Source: Octopus sinensis (taxonomy: Eukaryota). From it: a DNA stretch of 64,000 nt. The notes under the pieces are model-generated. The model was not told the origin of the DNA and searched no databases. It was given only the letters and a program-made list of their open reading frames with translations. Below, piece after piece: positions 39,403 to 52,637 of this stretch. Made by a program: the position numbers and the translations under genes. Every line of letters begins with the position of its first letter. Positions within the stretch are counted from its first letter, which is position 1. The DNA lies in contig NC_042999.1 in the NCBI RefSeq assembly GCF_006345805.1, positions 126,728,001 to 126,792,000 of the forward strand, written 5' to 3'.

Positions 39403-39821
39403 TTAATGCAGTAAACTAAGAACTTCTAATTCATTAAAATTCTGCCCTTCATGATGAGAACAAATCATTACTCAATCAAAAAAAAAGCAGGGGAGATAAA
39501 CCTAAAATTTTAACTATGGATTGCATTGGGTTGGGAGTCCAGTTCTTAGTAGTATCGTGAACAATTCTGAAGATTTGTTTGTTATTTTTAACCCTCATCA
39601 CCAAAGTGATGTCCAACTGCAACTGCAGGATGTTAACATTAGGATGGTCAAATTGAGAGTGGTAAGTATGTATTTGACTAGGTTAGCACACCAGTAACCA
39701 ACCCTGTGACTTCCTAGTATTTGTGAAAGGCTCAGCCTAACTTGCTTCTTCCTTTTCACGTGTATTTGTCTCCATTTGTAAAAACCACATGATTAATTTC
39801 CTTGCTTTTTATTGTGTATAG

Positions 39822-39925
39822 CTTCTATCTCACATCGCTATCACAGAAAGACGGTTGAAATTTTTGAAACCACAGTTGTGTAAAGAAGTGCGTATCTCAA
39901 ATTGTGGAAGGAACCTGTGGAAGGG
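39822..39925 (+). CDS. Candidate internal exon, unidentified protein
   Basis: Strong acceptor TTCCTTGCTTTTTATTGTGTATAG, open frame LLSHIAITERRLKFLKPQLCKEVRISNCGRNLWK, donor GG|GTAATC (phase 2), several CpGs. It overlaps an equally plausible minus-strand exon (39834-39914). Confidence 0.3.
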
Positions 39926-40499
39926 GTAATCCCTGGATGATGTGGAGTTGAGCCTCACAGGAAATGAAAAGTGACTGAGAATTCTGGTGATTTGCTCTGC
40001 TTGAAAAGACATGTCAAGCTAAGTGAATCATGATCATTGCCAGTGCCAGTGACACATAAAAAGTACTCATGCCAGTGATGCATAAAAAAAAACATCCAGT
40101 ACACTCGTTAAAGTGGTTGCCATTACGAAGGGCATCCAGCTATAGAAATCAAACCATAATAGATAACTGGTGCTTGGTGCAGCTTTCTGGCTTACCAATC
40201 CCAGTCAAACCATCTAACCCATGCCTGTATGGAAAACAGACATTATTTGATGATGCTGACACAAAGAGGTGATGAATCTTACTATTATCATTCTTCTTGG
40301 AACATTATTATTTTTAATATTTTATTTTATTTCTGAGGCAGTGAGAAGGCAAAATTATCAGAGCATCAGAAAGAATGCTTTGTAGTATTTGTTCCAGCTC
40401 TTTACATTCTGAGTTCAAATCCTACCTCAGGTGAATTTTGCTTTCATCTTTTCAGGGTCAATGAAATACAGTACAGTATTACTTAAGTACTGAACTCTT

Positions 40500-40800
40500 T
40501 TCATTGCAGAATACCACCAGGCAAAGCTATAATGGGCTGGTCACACCACAAGGTTCACAAATGATCAGTGGACCTGTGCAGTTGTTGAGTGGTAACCATA
40601 TGAGCGGAAGAGACCACTTGGAAGACTTCCAATCAGGTGGGAAGATGATTTAAGAAAAATATTTGGAGCAATACGGAGGAGAATGGCAAGAGCACAAGGG
40701 GAATGGAGCGAATACAGTGGCCAGCGGAGCCAACTTGGCACCAGACAGTCTGGTCGATCCAGGTGACTCAAGGACTAGGGTTGATGGCATCAACCAGCCC
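40500..40800 (+). mobile_element. Second RTE family 3' end (copy 2)
   Basis: Translation WAGHTTRFTNDQWTCAVVEW*PYERKRPLGRLPIRWEDDLRKIFG. Confidence 0.8.
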
Positions 40801-43065
40801 CTCCTCTTAGAATTGCTGTTCTTGTGCATAAATTAGGAACTATTATTTTATCTTATGTCATTCTCTATATTTTGTTACATCCAAATATCTTAATTAAAAT
40901 ACTAAATACTTGGTTTTAGAATTGGAACTAGTGTCTGTCTATTAAAAGTCTATTAAGATTCTATCTATTTATATAATTACTATCTATGAAATGAGCTAAC
41001 AGAAGAACTTTTGCTCAGTGACTTGACATACTAGAAAAAGCAGGCAAATCCCCCACATATCACATTTTAAATATAGTAGGGTACTTGGTGAATGTAGTCT
41101 TTGATATATAAAAAAAAGATAGTATGGTAGCAACCAGAACACTTTTGATCATGAGGATTGACTTGGGCTAAAAACAACTACAAAAAACAACTATTTATCA
41201 AATAAAAAGCAGTATTTAATTAATCTGTGGAATTATTATCTAATTAAAATGTATCTATCTATCAAAATTACTGAGCATTCTATCAATAAAAAAAATCTAA
41301 TTAAAATTATTATCTATCTAATTAAAAGCATTATTTATCTAATTAATCTTATTTAAATACTGAATAGTTTGCTTTCAGTGCAACTAGTACCTTTCTAATT
41401 TAGTTTGGCTCAGAATGTTGAAATCTTGCTCAAAATTTCAATTAAAAGAGAGCCAGGAATAATGAACAGATGTTGTTGCTAAGGGGTTTGATCACATATA
41501 CCTTGCCAAATTGTAATAATAATAACTACAACAGCAATAATGTCGATGGTGATGAAAATGGTGATGATGATGATTTTACTTATCGGTCACAAGGTCCCAA
41601 GACATTGAGGACAATACAACTATGAAATACAAACACAAACACTAAGAAACAAAGCAAAACAAAAAAATGTGGGATTTACACTGAGTAAAAAGAAAACAAA
41701 GACAAACGGTATAACAATAGAGGATTTCAGTAACAAATATTCCCAAATACAAAGCAAAAAAATCCACCAATGTTAATTCAAAGGAAACCCCATATGAAGG
41801 ATTAAATTTCTTATCCAAGGCGTTAAAAGTGCTGTCTCAGTTTGTTTCTGCTTCTTCAAAAATGCACACTCAGGATAGACGGATTCAGCTTCGCCTGTTT
41901 TGCCACTGCCACCCACATTTAGATGAAAACATTTGAAGAAGCACATACTTTTCTATCCTCATCTTTTTCTTCAAGTCATGCTTGAAGAAATAGATGAGAG
42001 CTTCGTCAAAGAGGAAAATACTTGTCTTCAAATTGTTCAAAGAAATCTGCCAAAAAATATACTGCATAAAACTCTACAAGCGTAGGAGTGGCTGTGTGGT
42101 AAGTAGCTTGTTTACGAACCACATGGTTCCGGGTTCAGTCCCACTGTGTGGCATCTTGAGCAAGTGTCTTCTACTATAGCTTTGGGTCGACCAAAGCCTT
42201 GTGCGTGGATTTGGTAGAAGGAAACTGAAAGAAGCCCGTCATGTATGTATTTATATATATCATCATCATCATCATCATCGTCGTTTAGCGTCCGTTTTCC
42301 ATGCTAGCATGGGTTGGACGGTTCTACTGGGGTCTGTGAAGCCAGAAGACTTCATCAGGCCCAGTCAAATCTGGCAGTGTTTCTACGGCTGGATGCCCTT
42401 CCTAACGCCAACCACTCCGTGAGTGTAATATATATGTGTGTGTGTGTGTGTATGTTTGTATGCCTGTGTTTGTCCCCCCAACATCGCTTGACAACTGATG
42501 CTGGTGTATTTACATCACCGTAACTTAGTGGTTCGCAAAAGAGACTGATAGAATAAGTACTAGGCTTACAAAGAATAAGTCCTGGGGTCAATTTGCTCGA
42601 TTAAAGGTGGTGCTCCAGTATGGCCACAGTCAAATGACTGAAACAAGTAAAGGAGTAAAGAGTAAAGAGTAAGCCAATGCATGATGGAATTGATGAAAAT
42701 ATTTTACAGCTATATTTCTGCCTTAAAATCAAGACTACTTCAACTTGCATATATGATAATGTCTAGAAAGAAAATAACTCCGATCTAAAAGTAACTTTAC
42801 TAATTTGAGACTAGCTAGTTTAAAAAGATACATTCTCAAAATAAATGACGTTATCAAATATAAGAATAGAACACTTAAAAGAAAGAATATGTTAACAAAA
42901 ATACAAACAAGGAAAAACGAAACAAATGAGAAAAAAAAACATTATAAGTTAAAAAACACTGTGAACATGAACCATGAAGCTAAGACCTAACATGTGCAAA
43001 ATAAACAAAATAACAAATGAAAACAAACTCAAACCATAGTTATATTTGTAGAATACTAATACAAC

Positions 43066-43400
43066 TGTAAAGATCTGGAAATAGAGATAACTGGAATGTG
43101 GGGATTGAAAGCAGAAACAACCCCAACAATAATAGGTGCCCTGGGAATGATTAAAAAGATTCAAGCAAATACATTACCAAAATCCCAGGATTTTATACAT
43201 TTACACAATATACAGAAAATAGAAGCAAGAGGTACTGCTCATATATTACACAGAATTTATTCAGCACAATAAAGAGAGAAGATAAAAAAAGGAAAAACGC
43301 TGCATATTCCCATGACACACTGGGTTGCACTTGGTTTGGCAGTGAAAGCATGCAACTAAAATAAAACTACTGAAAGAATAATAAAAATAATAAAGAAACA
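43066..43400 (+). mobile_element. R4/Dong-clade non-LTR element 3' end
   Basis: KDLEIEITGMWGLKAETTPTIIGALGMIKK...NIQKIEARGTAHILHR (frameshifted) matches the KYxDL...PxxxGALG...LGTAxILR C-terminus of R4-type RLE elements; followed by an (AAT)-rich tail. Confidence 0.8.
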
Positions 43401-44621
43401 ACAAAAAAAAACCCCAACAAATAATTGTTTCTAACTTAGATGCAAGACCAGAAATGAGATGGACAGTATAAAGTGATTAAAAATTGACCCCAGTACTTGA
43501 TCAGTATTTCATTTTATTAACCTCAGAGGGATGAAAAGCAAAGTTGGCCCTGACAGGATAATAATTTCTTTATTGGCCACAAGGGTCCTAACATACATAC
43601 TATTTTACTCTTTTACTTGTTTCAGTCATTTGACTGTGGCCATGTTGGAGCACCGCCTTTAAATGCATACGTACATATGATGGCTGTCCTCTCATGATCA
43701 AAGAGACTATCACTGACCATTGCCCAAGTGCCCATGTGAAATGTTAGCAATGCCCATGCATTTATAGGTTATTGAGCCTGAAGATGCCTTCACCTGTGTT
43801 CATGCCAGCAACTTCTATGCTTGCTGTGGCCCCTTCCTATTCAACCTATTATTGGATAGTCAACTTACTGGCAATAGCACAACCTAAACTTTTAGGTACG
43901 ATAAGGCTTGCACAACACCTCATAGACCCTCTCCATCCTACTGACATGATCCAGAGACAAGCCATGGCAAGATATCCTATGCCAATATGTGTTGCATGTT
44001 CAGGAATGTGGGAGCACCATGATCTCAAGTGCTAGCAAAAGATCCCCAAAATGTTCATTGCCATTCTTTGCATATCTGGTATGATACCAAATTATCTTTC
44101 TCCTAGAGACATGTTTTAACAAAAGGTGAGAGGTGCCTCACTCCCAGTGCCCTTCCAGCTTGCATGACACCAACCCAGAATTTCTGAAGCTCATGCTAAC
44201 ATACATACATACATACATACATACATACATACATACATACATACATACAAAAATACCCTGTTGTTGATATTGAAATTCCAATGAAGGACCCTTGGATCTA
44301 GGTAAGAAACAAACTCTTTCTCTATTGGCAAGAGGCCTTGAAATAAAACTGAATAATGACATACATACATACATGCATGAATGCATACCTACATACATAC
44401 ATACATACATACATACATACATACATACATACATACATACATACATAGATACATACATACACAGATGCAATCTTCTGTGAAAACATGTCTAATCCACTAC
44501 GCTGTTCTTGTTCAAGGGACTAGGAAAAATATTGCTTGGAAACAGGTGAGTGTTGGTGACAGGAAGAGCATCTGGTTGTAGAAAAATTTACATCAATGCT
44601 TTTCATCTGATCCATTTAAAT

Positions 44622-44888
44622 CAGTTTCTCAACCATTCTTTTTTTTTTTATCTAAGGACCCCTTTGATTCCTATTTTCTTTGGATAGACCCTCCTAGGCA
44701 TTTGATGTTTAAAAAAATAATCATATTATATTTTTATAATTAAATATTATAATGATTGTATAAAAAAAAAAATGGTTAAAATATTTTGTGTAATGTAGGA
44801 GTACAACCAATTTATTGCAGATTAATTTTAGCAATAAAATTTTACATGGACCCCCAAGGGCCATATGGTCCCTGGTTGAGAACCACTG
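44622..44888. mobile_element. hAT (Charlie-like) MITE
   Basis: Termini CAGTTTCTCAACC...GGTTGAGAACCACTG; flanks ATTTAAAT / AATAAAAT (6/8, possible decayed TSD). Confidence 0.7.
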
Positions 44889-46519
44889 AATAAAATGATG
44901 ATTTTGATGTATATATATGTGAAGGTGCATGGCTCAGTGTTTAGTGTCAGGCTCACAATCATGAGATAGTGAGTTTGATTCCCGGACTGGGCTGTGTGTT
45001 GTGTTCTTGAGCAAGATACTTTATTTCATGTTGCTCCAGTTCACTCAGCTGAAGAAATGAGTTGTGATGTCACTTGGATAACACTGGTGGCATGGAGAGG
45101 GGAGGCTGCTATGCATGGGCGACTGATGGTCTTCCATAAACAACTTTGCCTGGACTTGTGCTTCAGAGGGCAAATTTCTGGGTGCAATAGTGTAGTCATT
45201 CATGACTGAAAGGGGTCTTTACTATTTTAACCCTTTTTTTTATGAAATATATATTTATATATGCATTTAATGTAAATGTTGACATTCCACAATTTTGTTT
45301 CTCATTGCCTGAGTGAAATGGTAATATGAGGTTTACATTCCTTGTTGACAATAAAACTGCTTGATCTGCTCTTTCAAAGACTTGCAGAATAAAAAAATCC
45401 CTTATTTGGAAAGCAGTTAAGGGTTGGTTGTCAGAATAGTATCACTGTTGTTTTAGCATCCATTTTTTCCATGCTCACATGAACTGAATGGAATTTCTGA
45501 AGGTAGATTTTCTAAAGCTGGATGCTCTTCCTGTCACTAACCCTCATCTGTTTCCGAGTAAGGTAATATTATTACATGACCAGACATGTTTTCAAGAAAG
45601 ATTAGGAACAAAGGATACTGCTTGCATGATGAAAACATTCATTTACAACTATCATGCAATGACAGTAACACACACACACACACACCAAATCCACTCACAA
45701 GGCTTTGGTCAGCCAGTGGCTATAGTAGAAGACACTTGCCCAAGGTGCCACACAGTAGGATTGAACCCAGGACCATATAATTGGTAAGCAGACTTCTTAC
45801 TACACAGCCATGCTTGCGTCATAAAATCCTGCCTCAAATTTTGACCTCATCCAACCCATGCTAGCATGGAAAATGGACTTTAAATGAATGAACAAACCTG
45901 TTTCACATTTTCTGCTTATCATATTGAGAATTATAATTTTGTAGGCAACATTGCCAAAAGATTAGTTGCCTTTGTTACTGCCTATTAAAGTGCTATTTTT
46001 CTTAGTAGTACAAATGTTTCTGTTTGCTTGTTTAAGTGTTGTCCTTTTTTTTCCTTTCTGTTATTCAAATTTGTTTTTTAAATACATGTTTGTGTTTACA
46101 AAATTTTTGAAGATCTTTTTAAAGTTCTTGGGTGTGTGTAAGCTAAACAAAGAAGACATGTTATTATACAATCAGCAAATATTTACAAACTAAAACAAAA
46201 ATGTTCAACCACAAACCCTATTTTTTTCTACCAAAGGTGGATACTCTAATATTTTTGTGTGTTGGAAAAGTACTATGCTGTATTTGTTCTGTCTCTTTAT
46301 GTTTTGAGTTCGAATCCTGCTGAACTCAACTTTGCTTTTCAGCTTTTTAGAGTCAATAAAATACAATACCAGTCAAATACTGGGGTCAATGCAATCCACC
46401 AACCACTCCCCTCAAAATTGCTGGTTTTTTGCTAAAATCGGAAACATCATTTTTATATTTGTCATTATTTGCCACAAGCAAATTTTGAATGGGGTTACCT
46501 AAGAAATAGAGAATTTTCA

Positions 46520-47201
46520 ATGATTTATTTTACATGTTAGTTCCAATTTCTCTGACATATTTCTCGAACCTAGTTGTTAGTGCTCTGAGTGCCCCTACAA
46601 CTACTGGGATAACAGTTACTCTCTTTTAGTAGTCTGTATTTCTCAAATATTATCTGTCTCAATTTCTTTCAGTATTCTATTCACCTTCTGGGTCCACACT
46701 CTCAGAAAATGTCTATCTAATTTCCTGAATCCATTTATTTCCATCTCCAGGTTTTCCTCAATGATACTATTGATGCCTTTGATCATTCCTCTGTGCTCAT
46801 TCAGTCTTTCTATACTCTCAAGACTTAAATCCTTATAATTCTGCCGGGTACCTTCATTAAATATAGTCTTACCAACCTTCTCTGTAACCACATCTACTTC
46901 ACTTCTTGCATTTTCGATCATCACCCTCTTTTTGATCTCATCAAACCTTAATGCTGTAAGTCATCCTTTCTTCCTTATTGTCCTTACCCGGTCACAGAGT
47001 CTTTGTTCCATAGCATCTGAGCCCTGCTTCTCCATCCATATTTCCTGCATCCTCTTTCTATATCCTCTTATGTACTTCCTTTCATCATCAACGGGTCTAT
47101 TGAAACAATAACATTCCATGGTAGCTATATTCATCGTCTTAGTCCATTTTATTTTGGCAGCCATATAATGATGACCAGGCATGTGCTGCTTATCCATGTT
47201 C
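46520..47201 (-). mobile_element. R4/Dong-clade element remnant, N-terminal region joined to C-terminal region
   Basis: KWTKTMNIATMECY...RGYRKRMQEIW...EQRLCDRVRTIRKKG and ...KEIETDNI (N-terminal domain) are followed within ~25 bp by RVTVIPVVVGALRAL (C-terminal GALG motif). Confidence 0.7.
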
Positions 47202-47452
47202 ATCTTTGCCTTCAGTTCATCTTTGGTGTTATAAGGAGTTTTGTTGGTTTCTTGTTCAACTATGCCCAGCACATAATGATCAAGCGAGTTGCAGTTTGGG
47301 GAGTTAGGTGACCAGATGTTAGGAGTAAGGAGTCACAGAAATTGTCTGACAGCCATGACTGGGTTCTGCTTGTGAGGCATGGTGCAGAGTCCTGCTGTCA
47401 CCAGACATAAGGTCTTCCAGCAGCTACTCTCTTCACCCAGGGTAGCACTGCA
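47202..47452 (-). mobile_element. Tc1/mariner transposase C-terminal fragment
   Basis: TPNIWSPNSPNCNSLDHYVLGIVEQETNKTPYNTKDELKA matches the WPPxSPDxNPLDYxVW motif region. Confidence 0.8.
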
Positions 47453-47991
47453 GTGGTGGAAAGGTTAAAATCTCTGCAATTCCCCAACCTCCAAAGCCAT
47501 TGAAGAAATTGTTGTCATCAACTGACCAAAATTCCAAGCACTTCCAAAACAAAATGAGGCAATACAACACTGCATTAGAGATGACATCATTTAGAGTTAG
47601 TTACAAGAGATTGAAATGAGTCAGGATTCATGCAGCCTTTCAAGATCCAAGGTCAGATTTATCATTGGATTGGCTCTCTACTACCAGTCAAATGAATCAC
47701 TAAAGTTGGCGTTTCATTGTTTATAATCTGTACCTGATTTTTGGTTATGAAATAAGCTACACAAAACGTATTTTTGAATTATGTGTATTTACTTTATATA
47801 CATATATGAGTTGAAAACTTTCTTTTAACATTTCACTTAACGTCTATGTTCCATGCTAGCATGGGTTGGAGAGTTATTAATATAGACAGTTGGTATCTCA
47901 GCTGCTAGCAGTTGAGACTTGCATAATCTAGACAGCATTATTAAATTTCATTATTCTCTTTAACTTGGGCAACACCGGGTATTTCTGCTAA

Positions 47992-48024
<33 letters not shown>

Positions 48025-49075
48025 CCGAAGAAGGGTGAATGGCACTGTGAGTGTCGCGTTGCTCTCAAGCAACTATGCTGTCCCGGGTCGACCTTGAGTG
48101 ACTTCATCACAACCAAAGCATTCTACAGGGGTTTAGTGGAGGGGAGGTACAACGACGATCTTGGGGTGAACCTGGGCGTTGAAGAGGAATACCTGACCCG
48201 CCTTTTTGAGATGACTTTCGGGCCGGGACCTATAGACAACTTCCAGAGATCCCTGGCCTGGCAGTGCTACCGAGAAGCGCTACCCATTCAGGATAAGCTC
48301 TATAGGCATGGCTCGAGAAATACGGGGCCGACCTGCCCGAGATGCGATCAGAGTGACGAAACCATTCTGCACGCAATCGTGCAGTGTCCAACAATCTTTG
48401 ACCTGTGGACTTATGTCAAACGACTGCTGTCACGTGTGGGGCGTGTCGGTTTATCAGCTGAGTCTATCGTTAATATCGTCACATCTCCTTCCTTCAAACG
48501 GGAAGGAAGAGCTATTTTTATCATACTTGTGGCTATGGCGAAAGAATGTATCTGGTGGACACACCTGAAAGGATTAGAGACAAACACTTTCCTCTCTGGT
48601 CAATCTCTCATCAACTTCTTCAAGTATCACTTGAAAAGGAAAGTGAGAGTAGAGAGGCAAGTTTTGTCTAGTGAATGCTTTAAAAAAAGATGGGTGAATG
48701 TAGCAAGGATGAATGACGAAGCCACCTTGAGTATGATCCTATGAAGGGTAAAAATTTAAAACAGAGAGTAACTTATTTGTAAAAAAAAAAAAAATGTAAC
48801 ATGTGACTTCATTGACCGAGGTTACCATGGTCTTTTCCGTAGGCTTTTCTTTCCACAGGTAAACCTCACTTTACACTTTATATTGATATTTCTGCGATAA
48901 CGATCCCTATTGATCGATTTTTTCTTTTTCCTTTTATTTTTATTCCCCCCCACTTTTTTTTTTGCTTTTGCTTTCCTCTTTCTTTCCTATGACGATCCCT
49001 TTTGATCGAAAAAGAAAAGCTCCACCTTGTAATTTGTCCCATCTGTGTGCAGCCCTGTGTGGCTAATAAAGAAAC
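48025..49075 (+). mobile_element. 5'-truncated Tx1/L1-type LINE with zf-RVT (CCHC) domain, inside an (ATCT)n tract
   Basis: Frame open without stops from 48025 to TGA at 48744; CPRCDQSDETILHAIVQC (C-x2-C-x8-H-x4-C); T-rich 3' UTR; AATAAAGAAAC followed by (ATCT)n, with (ATCT)n also immediately upstream. Confidence 0.9.
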
Positions 49076-49107
49076 ATATCTATCTATCTATCTATCTAGC
49101 TAGCGAG

Positions 49108-49149
<42 letters not shown>

Positions 49150-49349
49150 AAATATAAAGAGGAAATGAATTCTCTTTTTTGTGGTTTAGGTTTTAACTGG
49201 CCTTTTCAGTATGTAAGGAGTGCTGTCAATGGTTTCCTCTTTATATTTTTAAAAATATGTCTTATAACTTTTATTTATGCATGCTAATCACTGGTAATAA
49301 ATTATTATTACCCTCATATTTACAATAGTTGTATACACACACACACACA

Positions 49350-49505
<156 letters not shown>

Positions 49506-49768
49506 CACAATCCCTATTGATCGTTTTTTTTCCTCTCCCCCATTTTTCCTCTTTTTTCTACCTTTTTATTTTTCTTTTCCTTTTTTCCTTTTTTTTCTTT
49601 TTTTTCTTTTTTTCTTCTTTTTCCCATTTTACAATCCCTTTTGATCGAAAACCTATGCCACTTTTTTTTGTTTCTTTTGTTTTTTGTTTTTTTTTTGTTT
49701 TTTTTTCATCCCACAAAAGAAAAGCTCTACCTTGTAATTTGTCCCATCTGTGTGGCCAATAAAGAAAC
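49506..49768 (+). mobile_element. Second, shorter copy of the Tx1/L1-type 3' UTR
   Basis: ATCCCTATTGATCG...AAAAGAAAAGCTCTACCTTGTAATTTGTCCCATCTGTGTGGCCAATAAAGAAAC aligns to ~48900-49075; flanked by (ATCT)n on both sides. Confidence 0.85.
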
Positions 49769-49832
49769 TTATCTATCTATCTATATATATATATATATAT
49801 AAATATATATATATTCATGTATATATATATTC

Positions 49833-49879
<47 letters not shown>

Positions 49880-50408
49880 ATATATACTTACTTATTTGTA
49901 GGTGTGGCTGTGTGGTAAGAAGTTTGCTTCTGAACTACATGGCTCCATCTTCAATCCCACTACATAACATGACACGACACCATGGGCAAGTTCTTCTGCT
50001 ATAGCCACAAACCAATCAAAGCCTCGTGAGTGGAGTTGGTAGAGAGAAACTGAAAGAAGCCTGTTGTGTGTATATGTGTTTGTGTCTTGGTGTCTCTGTT
50101 TGTCCCCCACTACTACATGATAAGTGGTGTTCATGTATTTATATCCATGTAACTAATTGGTTTGACAAAAGAGACGGATAGAATAAGTACCAGGCTTAAA
50201 GAAACAAAGGTTGATTCATTCCACAAAAGATTCTTCAAGGCAGTGAAACAAGTGAAAAAAAATATACATACATATAGGCACAGGAGTGGCTGTGTGGTAA
50301 GTAGCTTGCTTACCAACCACATGGTTCCAGGTTCAGTCCCACTGCATGGCACCTTGGGTAATGTCTTATCAGTGGATTTGGTAGACAGAAACTGAAAGAA
50401 GCCTGTTG

Positions 50409-50476
<68 letters not shown>

Positions 50477-52420
50477 CATGTGTGTGTGTTTGTGTATCTT
50501 TGTGTGTCTGTGTTTGTCTCCCTCAACATTGCTTGACAACCGATGCTGGTGTATTTATGTGCCCACAATTTAGTGGTTTAGCTAAAAGACCAATAGAATA
50601 AGTACTAGGCTTACCAAGGATAAGTTCTGGGGGCAATTTGCTCGACTAAAGGCAGTGCTCCAGCATGGCCACAGTCAAATGACTGAAACAAGTAAAAGAA
50701 TAAAAGAATACATATTTATATACATACAAATTTATATATGTGTGTGTGTGTGTGTGTATGTTTGTGTCCCCTTGTCTTTGACATTGCATGATAGTTGTAA
50801 ATAAGCATTGCTGTCATGCAATTAGTACCATTCATTTCCAATATTCTATAAAAACATGTCTAGCCATGGAAAAATATTACCTTGCGTGGAAACAGGTGAG
50901 TGTTGGTCACAGAAAGGGCATCTGACTGTAGAAATCAGCCTCAATAAACTCTGTCCAAACCCACGCAAGCATGGAAAAGCAGCTGTGAAAATGACGATGA
51001 TGGTGATGATGACATGGGTGACAAAATAATTTTTTATTGTAAATGAAAGCAATTTCTCATTCAAATAGCCAACTAAATTAATTGATGTGATATTTTTTCA
51101 GAAGTTTCATAAACTTGCTCCATGCACTGTATAACATTCAAAGAAATTTGTAAGGACTGTTCAAAGCCTGACATATAAATCACTGAAAAACCAGTGCAGG
51201 TTTGAAGAAAAAAAATTGTAAAAGAAACTAAATCATCGTCTACTGGTTTTTAGTGAGTGCAGGGTGGACAATCACTCGTTAGTTTCAACAAACAAAAGTT
51301 GTCTTTCAAAATGGCAGCAGTGAAGCGTGAGCAGCTGTACTATCATTAACCTCATTTTATTTGATACAATCCAGGCACGACTATCTGATATCCTAAGCCA
51401 CACACTTAGTCTTTTTTTGACTATATGCTAACCTACAAATTTATGTAAGCGTATCGGCTGCTTCTCCATAACACAAAGAGATGGCTATCGTGTCTCCGTG
51501 TCATACACAACATGAGAAGTAAGATTCATGAGAAATTGTTTTGTTTTCATGGGAAATAAGAATGGAACCTATAGCTGTTCAGTCCCAAGAGCGTTTAGTG
51601 AAGCTGTATAGAAATTCAAGAAATTAATGGTTCAACATATTTTTTTCTTTCAAAGAATAACTGTGGAAAAATTACCTAAGGACTCTTGTTGCAGGCAAAC
51701 TCAATAATAAAGTAGGTACTAGAATAAGCCAAGAAATTCTAATTAGTTAAAAATTACACCCGTAGTAATGAGAATAAGTAATTCTGGTTAAGAAGAGGCT
51801 AGGGAGATTAACTTGAAATTTTAATTAAGATTATTTAAATATAGGATGTAACAGTGTGAAAGTCTCAATTTTAACAATGTATTGACAACTTTGGGTATGT
51901 TTCAGTTTTATTAGACCTCATCAGTGAAGTATATTGTAACTATGACTGCCTGTGCAGAGAATGACTGGAGAGTTGTAAGTTTTTCATAAATAAACATTGA
52001 CTGGCATAATGAATTAAATGTATGATGAAAAAAAGTTATTCCAGGTTGCTTGCTGCTTGAAAACTTAAGGGTAAAGTGAGTATCATAGGCACAAAACCTG
52101 AGATTTTTAGTGTAGGATATTGGGAGTGTTTTTTTTACATACCTGTCATTCCCCTGTGTATTAGGTATGTGATACAATTCATTGTTTCTCTATAACAGCT
52201 GTCACCTATCTTTTTTGCACTTAGGATCAGTTTCATGCAAAACAATTTTTCCATGGACCAGGGGGTCATGCACATAAAAAAGCATAGCAAAATAAAGTGC
52301 TCAGTATATAATTTAACTATTACACACACATAAATTTTATATCATACCTATATAATACATATATATATCACATATATAACACTTATATAATACATATATA
52401 ATATATATATATCTTATATA

Positions 52421-52637
52421 TGAGGGGGTGCTGAAAAGTTCTTGGCTTTGGGTAAAAGAAAATACAGGAGAATCAGTTAATTATGATTTTAGTCAACATA
52501 TTCCCCTCTCAGATTCACACACTTATTGCAGGGTTCCTTCAGCTTTTATAAGCCCTGTAAAAGAGATTGGAAGGTTGGGCCTCCAACTAAGCCTTTTGCA
52601 ATACCCTTAAAGCCAGGAACTTTTTAATATCCCTTCA
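52421..52637. mobile_element. Mariner-derived MITE
   Basis: TA|TGAGGGGGTGCTGAAAAGTTCTTGGCTTT ... AAAGCCAGGAACTTTTTAATATCCCTTCA|TA, imperfect TIRs. Confidence 0.75.

Noticed and set aside
47960-47992. Helitron-like 3' end (GGGCAACACCGGGTATTTCTGCTAA)
   Set aside because: The hairpin is degraded, the end is CTAA rather than CTAG, and no 5' end was found; too weak to call.
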